Positions 51,701-64,000 of a stretch of 64,000 nt of DNA are shown one piece after another (positions within the stretch are counted from its first letter, which is position 1; each line of letters opens with the position of its first letter). The notes below the pieces were generated by a model, which saw nothing but the letters and a program-made list of their open reading frames with translations, searched no databases and was not told the origin of the DNA. The translations under genes were made by a program, and so were the position numbers. The stretch is from Lingula anatina (lineage: Eukaryota > Animalia > Brachiopoda): positions 496,001 to 560,000 of the forward strand of contig CM120642.1 of assembly GCA_051362555.1 (NCBI GenBank). The letters are read 5' to 3'.

Positions 51701-52703
51701 AATAAAATACAAACAACCAATATGAGAAACCAGGATTGCAAATGTCTGCACCAGTGCATCCAGTGTAAACAGCCCTATTCCATCCAGGCCTGGGTTGCAT
51801 GAAGTGATATAATATAATATAATATAATCCCTTCAATAACCTGCTATCCCAGGGGAGTGCTGGGTTTATCATTCCTGCTTAAATGGCCATTTGTCAACTT
51901 TAATACACAGCAATTATGTTCCCTTTACAAGATGATAACAACTGATAAACAGATTTGTCACCCAAAATGTGTCTGCAAGGGTGAGACAAGGTAAATAAAA
52001 GGAAATTTATTCTAGGATCTGGGGACAATTTGTTATGAAAAAGTCTATGAAAATAGTTGTATTGTGTAAACAGAGTGTGTTGGTATGCTGTAATGTATCC
52101 AGAGTCTACATTAATTAATGGTCTGTCCCTGGATGATGTAAATATGTCATTGAGGAATAAAAAAATATAGCATGCTTCTATGTCATTGCCACATGAGTTA
52201 AATTCTAGTGATTGTCATCCTTACCAAAGTTTCAATACAGGATCTAATCACCATCTGTGAGTTATTATGGCGTGTTCCTGCAAAGCTGCGAGTTTGGATA
52301 CATGCAGTTTGAAAGATCAGCTTGTCTCCATTCACCCAAGTTGTTTTTTCACTCAATATTATTTTAGGGTTAAATCCCAGTTTTCACTGATATTTTTTGT
52401 ACACAGGAATGCGCAGAACATTATAGCATATATCATAACCTTGAAAATGACAACAATTTTATGAGTAATTTTGCAGTCAATACATGCTTTGAAAACTGTT
52501 TCCTCTAGCAAAGTAACTGAATTGTTTCAGGATATCAATGAATCACTCTCTACCTTCAGGAAATCCCACTTTTTACTGCAGGCTACGTCTGGCTATATCT
52601 AACCTAACACAAGTGTAAACACAATATGGAGATTGAGGATCCACTGTGAACAATTCCCCAAATACTTCAAGACATCTAAGATCTCAAAAACTGATCTACA
52701 TAG

Positions 52704-53020
52704 AACACATTCAGAACAGATGATCCATGGACTAACTGATCTGCGGATTTAATATGGCCAGCCCACTTAAAAGCAATGTTGCTAATCCCCTGATGCCCCC
52801 CCCCCCCCCCCCCCCCCCCCCCGCTTCCACATGGGCCATTATTACACAGATAAAATCTCAGCTCAGAGGTTTAATTGCTATGTCCCTGCAGCGATGGCAC
52901 GTGTGGGGGGGGGGGGGGGGGGGGGGGGGGGAATCAGGAAATTAGCAACATTGCTTTTTTGTGGGGTCAGCCTTAGTAAGTCACCTGTTGGTCCACAGAT
53001 CATATGTTCTGAATGCACTT
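52704..53020. mobile_element. Diverged foldback MITE with internal poly-C / poly-G arms
   Basis: CATTCAGAACA.ATGATC...AAAAGCAATGTTGCTAAT..CCTGAT-(C)27 is mirrored by (G)27-ATCAGG..ATTAGCAACATTGCTTTT...GATCATATGTTCTGAATG. Confidence 0.7.
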
Positions 53021-53935
53021 ATATATAAGAAAACTCTAAATAACTTATAGATTATAATTTGGATAATAAGTTGATCAGAAATCATACTTTTAAGCAGATT
53101 ACCTAAAAGGTTTAAAAGAAAAAAATTGATGATAAGATAATCATCAGATGGAAGTTGTTTTTTAGGGTGATTTTTGATATGCTGGGAACAACGAAACCAA
53201 ATCTTCCTGAGATTAGTTGTAATGGATATTTAATGAAAATCTTCCAAATCCTTTTAGTAACTGGAATATCGTTTTCACATTTTGACTTGATCTTTTTTAT
53301 CTAAATTGAGAAATGAGTATCAAGTACCTTTAAAATACAACTTGGTTGTAGATCTGTTACTTAATATGGCATCCTGTCCAATAAAACCACTTATAATGGT
53401 ACCTTCTAAATGACTTTAATCTGTTTTACAAACATTCAATTTTACTTTCTTTTTAAAATCATAAGTCCTTCAAATAATGAATGTACATCATGTAAACACT
53501 ATGTAAGCACTATGTACAGCAATAATATTCATATAAACAAGTATGTTTGTTAATTGAGCTCATGCCAGAATTAATGTTAATTTAAACAAGAAAAAAGATA
53601 AAACCCAAACAATGCAACAATTGTTCCATGCCTGAGCTTGTCTACAGTCATTAATGTGATGAACAACAGAGGAAATGAAAAAATCACTTTGGGCAAGAAC
53701 CAACATGTTTTGGTATATATAGAGTGAACTTCAGAGGTATTATGCACACATCAGTTAAAAGCTTAATATGTGTATTTGTTATGTTTGCCATGAAAGATTT
53801 TCTATTCAAACACGAAACAAAAACATCCCACCTGCAACCTTTACCACATTAAACCAAATGTTGGAAATATAATTCATAACACCCTTCCTTTCTACAGGGC
53901 TGATTCACCATTTCTGTCCTCATGCATGTAAACCA

Positions 53936-53967
<32 letters not shown>

Positions 53968-56900
53968 GCCATGAATTACTCAGGTGTTCTTTACCACACC
54001 ATCTTATATAAAGAAACCTCGGACTCCTATCACACACACCAATGCAAAGACAAACCACACAGAAAAGTTTATTTTGATAACCAGAAATCAAATTCTTGTG
54101 GCCCTGAAAAGGGCATAGATCAAACGTGATTCAGAGTCATCCCAAATAAAAGCACATCACAGGTTCACGACACTGTTATTAGTTGGTGACTGCAGGACAG
54201 GGTTTTCACCCCTCAGTACTGTTGATCAGTATTTACAGAACGCCTCCTACCATAACATGCCTCTGGGATAAGGCGTGCTGAGACAAAACTACCAATGAAC
54301 TCACTATCTATAAACAATTTAGGGAAGCCATTTCCGCCCATTTCTTCCTGGCTTTTAAGTCACCGTTGACCAATACATGACTCTTTTCAAATCCGCTGAC
54401 CAATTAAGGTGTCCATTTTTGTGGTCAGAATCTTAATCTGATCATTCTGACAAGTACTTTACCTTTGTGAGACCTGTCTGGCATCTTTACATCGTGTTCC
54501 AACCAGGTCTCATTTGAACAAGATGACGCCCTCAGAAGGTGGTGTTTAAAAGACTTCAGCACATAAGAGATCTTCATGCAATCACGAGAGGCCTATTCTT
54601 ATAAAATAACTTCATACTCAAAGTTGCTATAAATTTTTAGTCTACAGTTAAGCTAACAATTCTGAAGTTATTTAGGACAATTTGCTTAAATTAGGCAACA
54701 GCAGTTTAAAACATGAGCTTTATCTTTTGTATAAAATGCAAGCAAAATATTTTATGTTAACAGACCATTTGGTTTATTTTGGGTCAAATTAGACTGATAT
54801 TTTGGTCTTTAAGTGTAGACAAACTTTTAGAGTTAAATACTTCAGCAAAACAGTTTCTTGGTTGCATAGTAACATCATTTCAACAACGTTTGGTTTAAGC
54901 TACACCTAATGTGAACACACTTATGGACAGTAACAATGCCTGTATTTTTTTTCTTTAATGGACAGTCTGCAACAATAAGACCGTCTAGAACTTCAAGATA
55001 CAAAGTCTGGACAGGAGAGGGGAGAGGATAGGGGGGAGGGGACAGGTAGTGTCACAATAGGGTACATTAAGGCTACCTGCAACTTTAAAAAAAAAAAGCT
55101 TAAGAAAGTTTTTTTTTATCAGCTGTTGTTTGAAAGTTTTTTCAGTATCAAATTATCTTCACAAACATGAAAAATCATCAGCTAATTTTATAAACACCCC
55201 TGAATGAAATATCAGATTTGTATCAGAAAGATTGACAGAATCACCGAAATCACCTGAATTTAAATGAGATCTAACAGTGACACCTGAAGGTCACTCCTTG
55301 GGTCACTCAGTAATCCTTAACCACTTAAAGAGGAGGCAGACCCCAGGAAGAATAGAATCAGAAGTTATCCAGTACACTTCAGTTCAAACTCCCTGCAGTG
55401 AGTGCACAGCCAATGTACCACAGTCATTGAAAATATTCTATCACCAAGATTATAACAGGATTAACAGTCTATAATGTCAGTAATCAGATTAGTTCCCTAT
55501 AACAACTGCCCTCTGCTAGCACTGCAGGAGTCCACAGTCATACTAGTATGTATCTGGTGGATATGAAACAGTTTCTACACATTGCCTTGAGGCTGATGAA
55601 AAAAAACATGAATTTTCACATCAATTTTGATGTTGTACAGTATCTATACAACTTCTCTGTTTAGGGTGATGCAGTCAACTCCTTTTAACAGAGCCATAAC
55701 CTCTATCTAACACCTGAAGATATTGCCCACCCCCCCCCTAACAAATTTTATTTCTTTAACTAAAAATCTGTCAGCAATTTGGTTCCCAAATAAATGACTG
55801 AAGTAATTAGACTGTTAATCACCAAGTTGCATTGATTATTATCATTACAGTGAAATTAAACCAATGTCATTTAACCCAGGACCCAGGTACAAAGGTGTCA
55901 GGTGCTCTCAGTCAGTGACAAGGTGACATGGACATCAACAGGTTACCTGGTCCTACAGAGACTATAGTGTTAATACTGTAACTTTACTCCCAAGTATGCA
56001 TTGTGCATGCATATCAAAATATGCCACACCTGTTACTATTATTATTATTATGATAATGATGATATACATGTGCATAGACATATGAGTCTACAGCTATGCT
56101 AAGATCAGGGTCATTTCAGAATAAAAATCAACATCACAGCGAAGTGCTTTGGTTGGCTAGAATTTTTCTCAAATAAAACTGCTCTGTTAGATAGCAGTTA
56201 AGATGGTCTTGGTCTAAATGTACCCAACATCCTAAGGGGGGGGGGGGGGGTAGAACGCCCCCAAAGCCAACCCAAATTTAATTAGCAAACTAAAAACAAA
56301 AATGCGATGGAATAAGCTTTTTCCCATCTTTGCTAAAATCAGTCCTGTCACCACTAAGCAAAGTTGCCATGGTAACCTATACAGCAACAAATCAACATAA
56401 CTCTGATACCCTGTGTTCTGTGTTTGGCAAAAAGCACTTCAAATAAAAGGTATGTTTGGACCAAATAACTTGCAATTCATTACTAAAATTACTCCTCTCA
56501 TCTCTCACTTAATTAATCTTAATAACCTAGCTTACAACAAACACAAATACAAATGTTGAGATTGTTTCTGTGATTCCAAAGTGAAGAGAACAAAACAGCA
56601 GTTATGTTAACTTCAACTTTACACGTGAATACACTGAACTAATCTTCCGCCTTCTTTTTCCTGCTCTTCCTCAAATTAATTTCTCTTATTTATCAAAATC
56701 ACCATGCACAGCAACTCATCTGAAAACAGAAATATAAAATCAGAGATGCACAATAATTGGTACCGGACTCCAATGCCACTTCACATAGGACTGAAATTCT
56801 ACCCCAGGAACACACCAGTGAACAACTTCAAATATCAGGCAGATCAATTTTCCAAATTTGTTTGCTCTCTAAACAGTTCTGCCAACCAGGTACAAAGTCA

Positions 56901-58534
56901 TACCTGCCAAATTGTTCACTAAGAAACCAAATGGTTTTGTAATTTCACTGAACAAACTAACCAAATACTTTTGTTGCCCTTAAGCAGAATACACAAGGAA
57001 TGATTTTAAAATAAACCTCTTAACTATGCAGCCACAGTCATAAAATAACAAACTTTTTGCTGATCCACGGGAATGGACAAAAACACAGCCGTGGAAACAG
57101 GAAAATAACTGTAACGCCCACCCCCACCCACAACTGTACTAGTATATATGCACATAAACTTGGCACAGTTAAAAAAATTCTGAAAAATATTTTATTATAA
57201 ATGTTTCCAATTGTTATTCTGTCACTTCTACCATACATAACCCATCTCCCTATTTGGAAAATAAATAAGAGAAGTTCTATATTTATCATGTAAAGAGAGG
57301 GGAAATAGTTTGGGTATCTTTGCTAGATACCTTATCAGGCTTCAAATATTTCCGATGTGTTTTCATTCAACACAATCTAACTTTTATCAAACACCGCACT
57401 ATATAAACAAGGCAGAAGGACACTGGACAAATTATTTGCTTGGCTGATAAAAAAAACGTGTTGGTAACACAAAATTTACTATCAAGAGGAGAGTGGATAT
57501 TGATGCTAATTTATCTTTTTTTAATTTATCTTATTTTTTTACATTTATTTATGAATATTTTTTGTTTTTTTTTTCTACTTATCCATTTATTTTTCTGTAA
57601 GATGTAATCATTAAATACAACATAATCTGACCAGAAGTTTCACGGGTGTGTCAGCTACTTAATTGCATCTTCATTAGTTCAGTGAATTCACATCCATAAA
57701 TGAAATAGCTTGATTAAATCAATGGTATCTAATAAACTATGGGTTAACTTCTCTCAACACCTTGAGAGAACCAGAGTACAGGATGCCTTTAAAAAACAGC
57801 TTTGATAAAGCAGATCCAGGATCGTACAGAGCTCAAGTGTCTGTGTGTAAACAGTCTTTATAAAACTGTCCTCAAGTACTTCAACATGTGCTACTGAAAG
57901 TTAAGTCTGAAAATATTTCCTCACACGCTGTAAGCACCTCTTCACTACCAGGCCCAATGCTGGAGTGGGTCAAAAACATTGAAAACTACTGTATTAACAA
58001 AAGACTAATCCCAAATTTACACTTCCATAAGACACAGGAGACCCCCATGGCATGCTACTAGAAGATGTGCAGCATTCACTGAAGTGTATAGGCTATGTGT
58101 GTGTGTGTATACACCTTCAAGGCATGGGATTATTGTGCGTGCCCGTACCCATTGCGTACGTACCAAGGAAGAAATAAGCACAATGTTGAGATATCAAAGA
58201 CTATGTTGTTATGAGGATTTAATCTGCACTTGGCCAAACTTGGGAAATACGAGTTGCACCAACCTGGTAGTTCAGCTTATGGAAAAATTCTGGATATCAT
58301 TTCTGTACTTTGGGGCACTTTTATCTTGAATGGTTGAACATAGTTCAGATAATTACAATGATAATATCATATTATCAACAAGGAGCTTCAACAGGCTAAT
58401 ACGTGTATCATTTCATTTCAATCATATCCATTTTTTACAATTAAAATAAAAACGATCAAATCAGAATGCATTCCGAAGTGAATTAAACTTTCAATTATCT
58501 TAATTCTCCATTTAAACATCTTTTCTGCACATCA

Positions 58535-58535
<1 letters not shown>

Positions 58536-58566
<31 letters not shown>
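58536..58566. repeat. Poly-C tract (31 nt)
   Basis: Direct reading of the sequence. Confidence 0.95.
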
Positions 58567-58567
<1 letters not shown>

Positions 58568-61399
58568 ATCTCAATTTTCTTTCATGGTATTTTAGGTTTA
58601 TGGAATGTGACAGCTAATTTTGAAAGGTTAATTTTGGTTTTATTCCCCATTTATCACTCCCAAGGTGACAAAGGTCCCAGTCTAGACTAGTACTCACAAA
58701 GATGTTCTACACATTTACCAGTTCTGTAATATTAAGAACAACATTTAAGTGTTTTTGCCATTTTTATTGAAGTATGCATGCATTATTGGTAGTTGGTATA
58801 CAATCATGTCTACATACACATCACCTATTTCAGCTCAAAGTCCATAAACACAACAATGAATATTAGCACAAATCCCTTCCAGCCAAATTGCTATTGACTT
58901 TCAAAAGAGAATATCATTTACAAAACATTCTGTACCCAAATGAATAATGAGCACATATTTATCATCTTATTATCATAACCAGGCACTATTCCACTTTTTA
59001 TCTCACATGGACGTGACATGCATAAACATAGTTTTTATTCATTATTTCCCTTAGACACTATTCAGGGCAGATCTTACATCTTAATTCATTCTCTCGCTTT
59101 ATTATTTTGTATATGACATCATTGCACCTGAGAAAGATAATGAAAACCCTCAAGCCAAAATGTTGAATCCTCTGTCACACAGTAACGTCACTTCTATTAT
59201 TAATATATTTACAAAGTGGACCACATATCACCAATCCAACAAAGATAATCATTTTGTAACTAAACCTGTCACCTGTGGTTTACCGTATCCCTATCAACTC
59301 ACTATGACTCATTCACACACACCAAGACTGCCTAACTGGTAGAATCTTCCATACATATTGTCAGGGTTCCTACTTGAGGGTTCATTAGGATCTTATACAG
59401 ACTTCACCAAAAAAATTTATTTCCTTTAAAGAAATAATACAGGAGTGAAATGCGTGAAAACTGTGACTTTTAGCAAAAAACTGTATCTCTTTTAAATGAA
59501 CAAGTCTATGTTTGCCAGATATTGCCTGATATTGCGGAGTCAAAGATTGACACTTTCATCATTTTTCATCCTAAGACAATGTTCCACTCTAATTCATTAA
59601 AAAAATTACAATATTTATTTTCTAATAAGCTCTTTTTTCTGCAAACCAACTTATATTTAAGCAGAAAACTCAAGAGTAAAACACTATGCTAACTTCCTAA
59701 TAATATATCATAAATTTCAATATCTCTCCAACATTAAATATTACTTCACACTCAAAGTTAACAAGATTGTGGTCACTGCCATTATATCCATTTCACCCCC
59801 TGACGTCTGCCATATTGTCCAAAGCTTCAATAAGATGGATTCACCCTGACAGCCATCAGACAGGAATTTTACAGCTGAAAGGCATAACGCTGGGTTAAGC
59901 AAAGTTCTATATCATTATTATTCATCAATTTTACCATGACTGCTTTAAGTTTGTACAGGTGACTTAAAGACGACACACAGGGCGGCTTGGGTCAGCGTTC
60001 CTTTTCTAACTTTTATCTTCTACATGCCTTAACTCATTCAAATTGCAGCATCATTTTGACAAAATAGATGATGGGTTGACGAATCTATGTAATAAATCAA
60101 AATATCAGCAGTGGTGTTGATTTCCAAAGTACAGTAAGCACAGCCTCCAAACTTGATAACTTTCATGTAAAATAACCTGAAATGAAGAATATCACAATCT
60201 TACACTATAGATCCAAAAGAAATCCATATTAAAGTTTTTATCATATCACAAATGGAAATATTAGTAGCTGACTTTAAAATGTAGTTTCCTAAAACTTTAA
60301 AACTTTTCAGGATGCCATACATATTTTTGATCTATTAACTCAATCTTTATGCTATTTGAGAGCACCACTTTCCCAATTTTTTCCCTATCTAAAAAATCAA
60401 GGATTCAAGTTTTTATCAGCCACCTAGACCAGTGTGACCCATCCATACTCAAGTGGACAGTGGTCAAGGGAGGAAATCAAGCCACCTTCTCAGGACCTCT
60501 CTATGGGACTGGCTAATTAGCCACACTTGTCTACATCTGAATGGGCCTTCCAGTGCAGCTGACAGTACCCCGCGTTCCAGGGGGCACTGGATACGGCCTT
60601 AAGACTACTCATTATAACAGATGGAGTCCTAGTGACCTCTGACAGTCAGGGTGGATGACAGCTATACTACTGCTGTACTATCAGTCTGTCTGCTACCTGG
60701 CTATCATGGTCATTTGAGATGGAAGATTTCTGGTGACATTCCAGGACCAGACACTGTACTGGGGGAGATGTTGTTTCCAGTCAGGTTATGTAGGCAGGGG
60801 GTTCTGGAGTGGAGTTTCAATAGAACTGTCCTCCAAAAAGGTGCACTCTGAATCAAAACTTCATCTATCTTCTATTCTATTCTCAAAAATGGGTTAACTA
60901 AGGGGGTGAAAGGTTCACTTTTTCAGGAAAAGAACCCCCCTCTAAAAATTGCTGTCTCCAGGCTTAAAATGATTAGTGCAGTAGTTAGTAGATCTCTGTA
61001 ACAGTATCAATGTACCTTATCGCAACATAAGTGGAGTATTTGTGAATAAAAAATCTTTTCTCTTACTGAACATGCTCTCTCTTCCTCTCTCTCTCTGAGA
61101 TATCTTTAGAACATGTTTGCAAGCACTGTGACAACCAAAATATTGGAATTCCATGCTTGGACAGAGTGGAGATGAGTTTACCCACGGCTTAAATTTTCCT
61201 TTGATGAACTGTTTATCAACATTTCTCTTTCTTTCATTCTTTCATCTTTCTGTTTATGTGTATAGCATGATAGAGTGCATTTAGACGAGTCTGAATAATT
61301 TGCTTCATTTAAACAGCAAAACATGGTGTCTTTGCATTCCCTTTGACAACCCAGGTATTTAAATCTGTGCCAACTGTCAGATAATTCACCTCCCATCCC

Positions 61400-61462
61400 T
61401 CTTTCTCTCTCTCTCTCTCTCACTCACACACACACACACACACATACACACACACACACACA
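61400..61462. repeat. (CT)n(CA)n microsatellite
   Basis: Direct reading of the sequence. Confidence 0.95.
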
Positions 61463-62235
61463 AAAGGACAAATATTTTATACTCTCCCTCCCTCACACCA
61501 TTTTTTTTCCACAACTGTCTCAAATTAGTGATAAGCATTTGGTAAGATATATCAGGAATACGCGAAAGCCAAACAGAACCATTATGGACTGTCTGATCCA
61601 GGTTATCTTTAAGTAAGCAGTAACCCTTTCATAAGTTACAAGACACAAGTTACAAGCCTCCTCCCATTTTTTCAAGCATTAGTCAAATATCTTAAGTTAT
61701 GTAAACTCTCATTTTAAAAAAATCACTGCCAGTTTAAAAAATACCAAACAACAACATATATTGTGGTTTGCAGTACCATTTTTTCAAAAACTATATATTT
61801 TGTTAATATCATTTAAATAAAATGTCACAGCATTAATTTTTTTTCATTAAACTTTATTTATTGAGGATAAAAACATGGTTGATTTAAATGTACCTTGTCC
61901 CTGGCCGTCACATAACATATCCTAGGTAAAAAATACGCTTAAACCCCAGCAACTAGAAATATTTCACAAAAGATGCACTCTATATTTTTTTTTTTCTTTT
62001 TAACTACTTGCAAATTTATCAAAGTCACAATAAAGAAAGATAAGGCCCTGTTAGAAGGGGACAGAAATGCCCCAGCACTGGGAACCCCTTCATCTGCACC
62101 CTGTCAGTGCACAGTAGATTTGTGATACACAGAATCATTAGCTTCAGATATTTGTAGATTTTTTTTTTTTTTTGATATGTCAACTGATTACAGGGGGAAC
62201 ATTTTAATCATATATATGGAAATAAATACTACTAT

Positions 62236-62410
62236 GGCCCCATTCAGAATAGGGGACTGACTAGTCCCAGGATCAAATATGGCCGACCCACTTGAATACT
62301 TCCCCACGGGATATCTATTCAGTGTGTATTAGCGGATAAGACGGCAAGCTTTGTATTGGGTTGCCATATTTGACCCTTGGACTAGTTAGTACCCTATTTT
62401 GAATGGGGCC
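62236..62410. mobile_element. 175-bp MITE with about 55-bp TIRs (possibly PIF/Harbinger-type)
   Basis: GGCCCCATTCAGAATAGGG...TCAAATATGGC.ACCCA is inverted as TGGGTTGCCATATTTGA...CCCTATTTTGAATGGGGCC. The flanks are TAT / TAC. Confidence 0.7.
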
Positions 62411-63389
62411 TACGAATAGTATTTTTAACCAGTTTTAATTTGATAAAAATGTTTCGGTGTCTGTATTGTCTTTGATCACATCGCAAACATGTCAAGGAAA
62501 GATAAAACAATTCATGGGGTGTGTCCCTGGGTTACACCAGCGCAATCTCCTTCCCGTCCTGACCAAGTTTACTCCATAAACCTCTCACCTGGCTTAGCCA
62601 GTGTTATGAGAGAGGCAAGGATTAGCCAGGGCAGTATACATGTAGGTATATCACACTGGGTGGAGCTGAGGCACAGTGAATTCAACACTGGATACAAACA
62701 CTGTATGGAAATCTAGGGCTCAGCTGGGTCCAGTCTCTCTTAATGGGGCTAATATACTGGGTGTAATACTAGCCTTTATGTATGTGGGCTCTCTCTCTTT
62801 AATATAACTTTTACGTATCTTTAAAATGTTTTTTATTTAAATATAAATTTATTTAAATTGGTTTATCATTTTTATTTTTAATATTTTAGTTTCATCAGTT
62901 TCGTCATTCTACATGACAAAGATCATGTTTCTGATAAAACAAAATTACAGCTCACTCTTCCTAAATCATGTATGAAAACCTACATTATCTGCACTTACTA
63001 TATTTATAAATTTACTATTATTCCATTCATTCATCTATTCAATCAAAACAAACATTTATCTGTAGATAAACCTATTTCGAGAATCTCAACCACCAGGTTA
63101 TGATGCAAATATTCTTATCTGCCTAAAACAGACCAAAATACAACCGTATGATGTCAACAAAATGCGCGTTCCATGGCAAGACTCATTGCACAGTTTTACT
63201 GAAATTGCAGAAAACGTGACGAAGTCCGGTTGAAATGCCGCTTGTGAACTTTTTCTCAGGCCTGAATAAAAGTTGGTTTGAATGACTTTTACACTGTGAT
63301 CCAGATCTCAACCAAGCGCTACGATAAATCTGACAATAAACATAACATCAAATCCATACAAATAAGATTATAACCATGTTCTAACTCAC

Positions 63390-63512
63390 CTTAGACACTG
63401 TTAAAGCTGAACGGATTTCCGCACCTCCCTTTAAAGAAAATCCCCACGGACTACCCCCTTTCAAAACTACCTCCAAAGCCCGTACTTCCAGTCGTCTGCT
63501 CCCTTCTGTCAT
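63390..63512 (-). CDS. Shroom: Shroom-family protein, coding exon 1 (N-terminal half of the PDZ domain)
   Basis: ATG at 63512 reads 41 codons, MTEGSRRLEVRALEVVLKGGSPWGFSLKGGAEIRSALTVSK. It ends at a consensus donor AAG|GTGAGT (phase 0). GGSPWGFSLKGG matches the Shroom PDZ binding loop (GGAPWGFTLKGG). The exon lies in a CpG-retaining zone. Confidence 0.88.
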
Positions 63513-63800
63513 GCTCGTGTGCTTTGAAAACGCTATATATCGACATAAACTTGTTCTGAAGCTTGTTTGTAAATCCGGCACAACTTTTGGCGAAGTTTTT
63601 TGTCTGTGATCAACTTCCAAGTTTCACTCATGGTTTGCCCGATGCCGAAAGTGTGTCACGCAAGGCGAGGAAAATTGGGACTCTGCGCATGCTCAGTGAT
63701 ACTATTCTTAATTATGCAATTAGCATTCTGAAATACATCCCATTTGTTGGGCGTTCGTCGCATTGCTTGCATGTCACAACTAACGCATTTGAACTTTTCT
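63513..63800 (-). promoter_or_regulatory. Putative main promoter / 5' UTR of the Shroom-like gene
   Basis: CpG dinucleotides are visibly retained over about 63080-63840 against a depleted background. An NRF1/Ewg-like motif TGCGCATGCTCA lies at 63684-63695, directly upstream of the exon-1 ATG. Confidence 0.55.
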
Positions 63801-64000
63801 TTTCTCCATAAGACATCTTTACAAGAAAAATCACGTATGCAAACATTATATCACCACAACAGCTCTAATGAAACAGTCTGTCTTTTTCAACAAATTTGTA
63901 GGTCTATTTCAAAACTGACTCTTTTAGTTGATGGCTTGTGGGAGGTGATTTCTTACTTCCACGTCTTCCCATTTAGCCATTATGACATTATAACAGAATC

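Larger units (their letters stand above)
47821..51704 (-). mobile_element. Helentron-derived non-autonomous element (HINE / DINE-1-like architecture), composite
   Basis: 15-bp subterminal inverted repeats TATTGTACCACCAGC (47857-47871) / GCTGGTGGTACAATA (51690-51704). 5' hairpin GTACCGCCAGCG-CTAA-CGCTGGTGGTAC (51673-51700) next to a GC-rich simple repeat. 3' stem-loop GAGGCG-ATAC-CGCCTC (47837-47852), then CTAG-TTT on the minus strand. It has a central tandem array and no TSD. Confidence 0.85.

Noticed and set aside
49919-51872. Repeated ORFs (MFKFQN..., MHFHRS..., MYFLIQ...)
   Set aside because: These are by-products of the MITE palindromes and the 817-bp duplication, with no Rep/helicase or transposase motifs.
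60420-62800. GC-richer stretches at about 60420-60850 and 62500-62800 resembling SINE or other repeat relics
   Set aside because: I cannot define boundaries, boxes or a family from the sequence alone.

Overview
AT-rich, CpG-depleted animal genomic DNA. It is probably an invertebrate such as a mollusc, which is an inference from the repeat families present. The whole window appears to be the 5' part of one large minus-strand gene. Two clean coding exons (63512-63390 and 37919-37777), separated by a 25.5-kb intron, splice in frame into a Shroom-type N-terminal PDZ domain, and the rest of the gene must lie beyond the left edge. Downstream of the PDZ exons I see a series of candidate alternative start exons. 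Each has an ATG, a short unrelated peptide and a splice donor in the same phase (2) as the PDZ exon, and one has a correctly spaced TATA-Inr promoter. This suggests a 'many variable N-termini, one constant body' architecture, but it needs transcript data because short ATG-to-donor ORFs also arise by chance. The introns hold many non-autonomous DNA transposons: a P-like element, several MITEs/foldbacks, and a 3.9-kb Helentron-derived element. That element carries a 146-bp satellite with a 4-mer higher-order repeat, a nested IS3EU-like MITE and an 817-bp terminal duplication. I found no supportable rRNA, tRNA, CRISPR array or transposase ORF. Nearly all ORFs in the supplied track are spurious.
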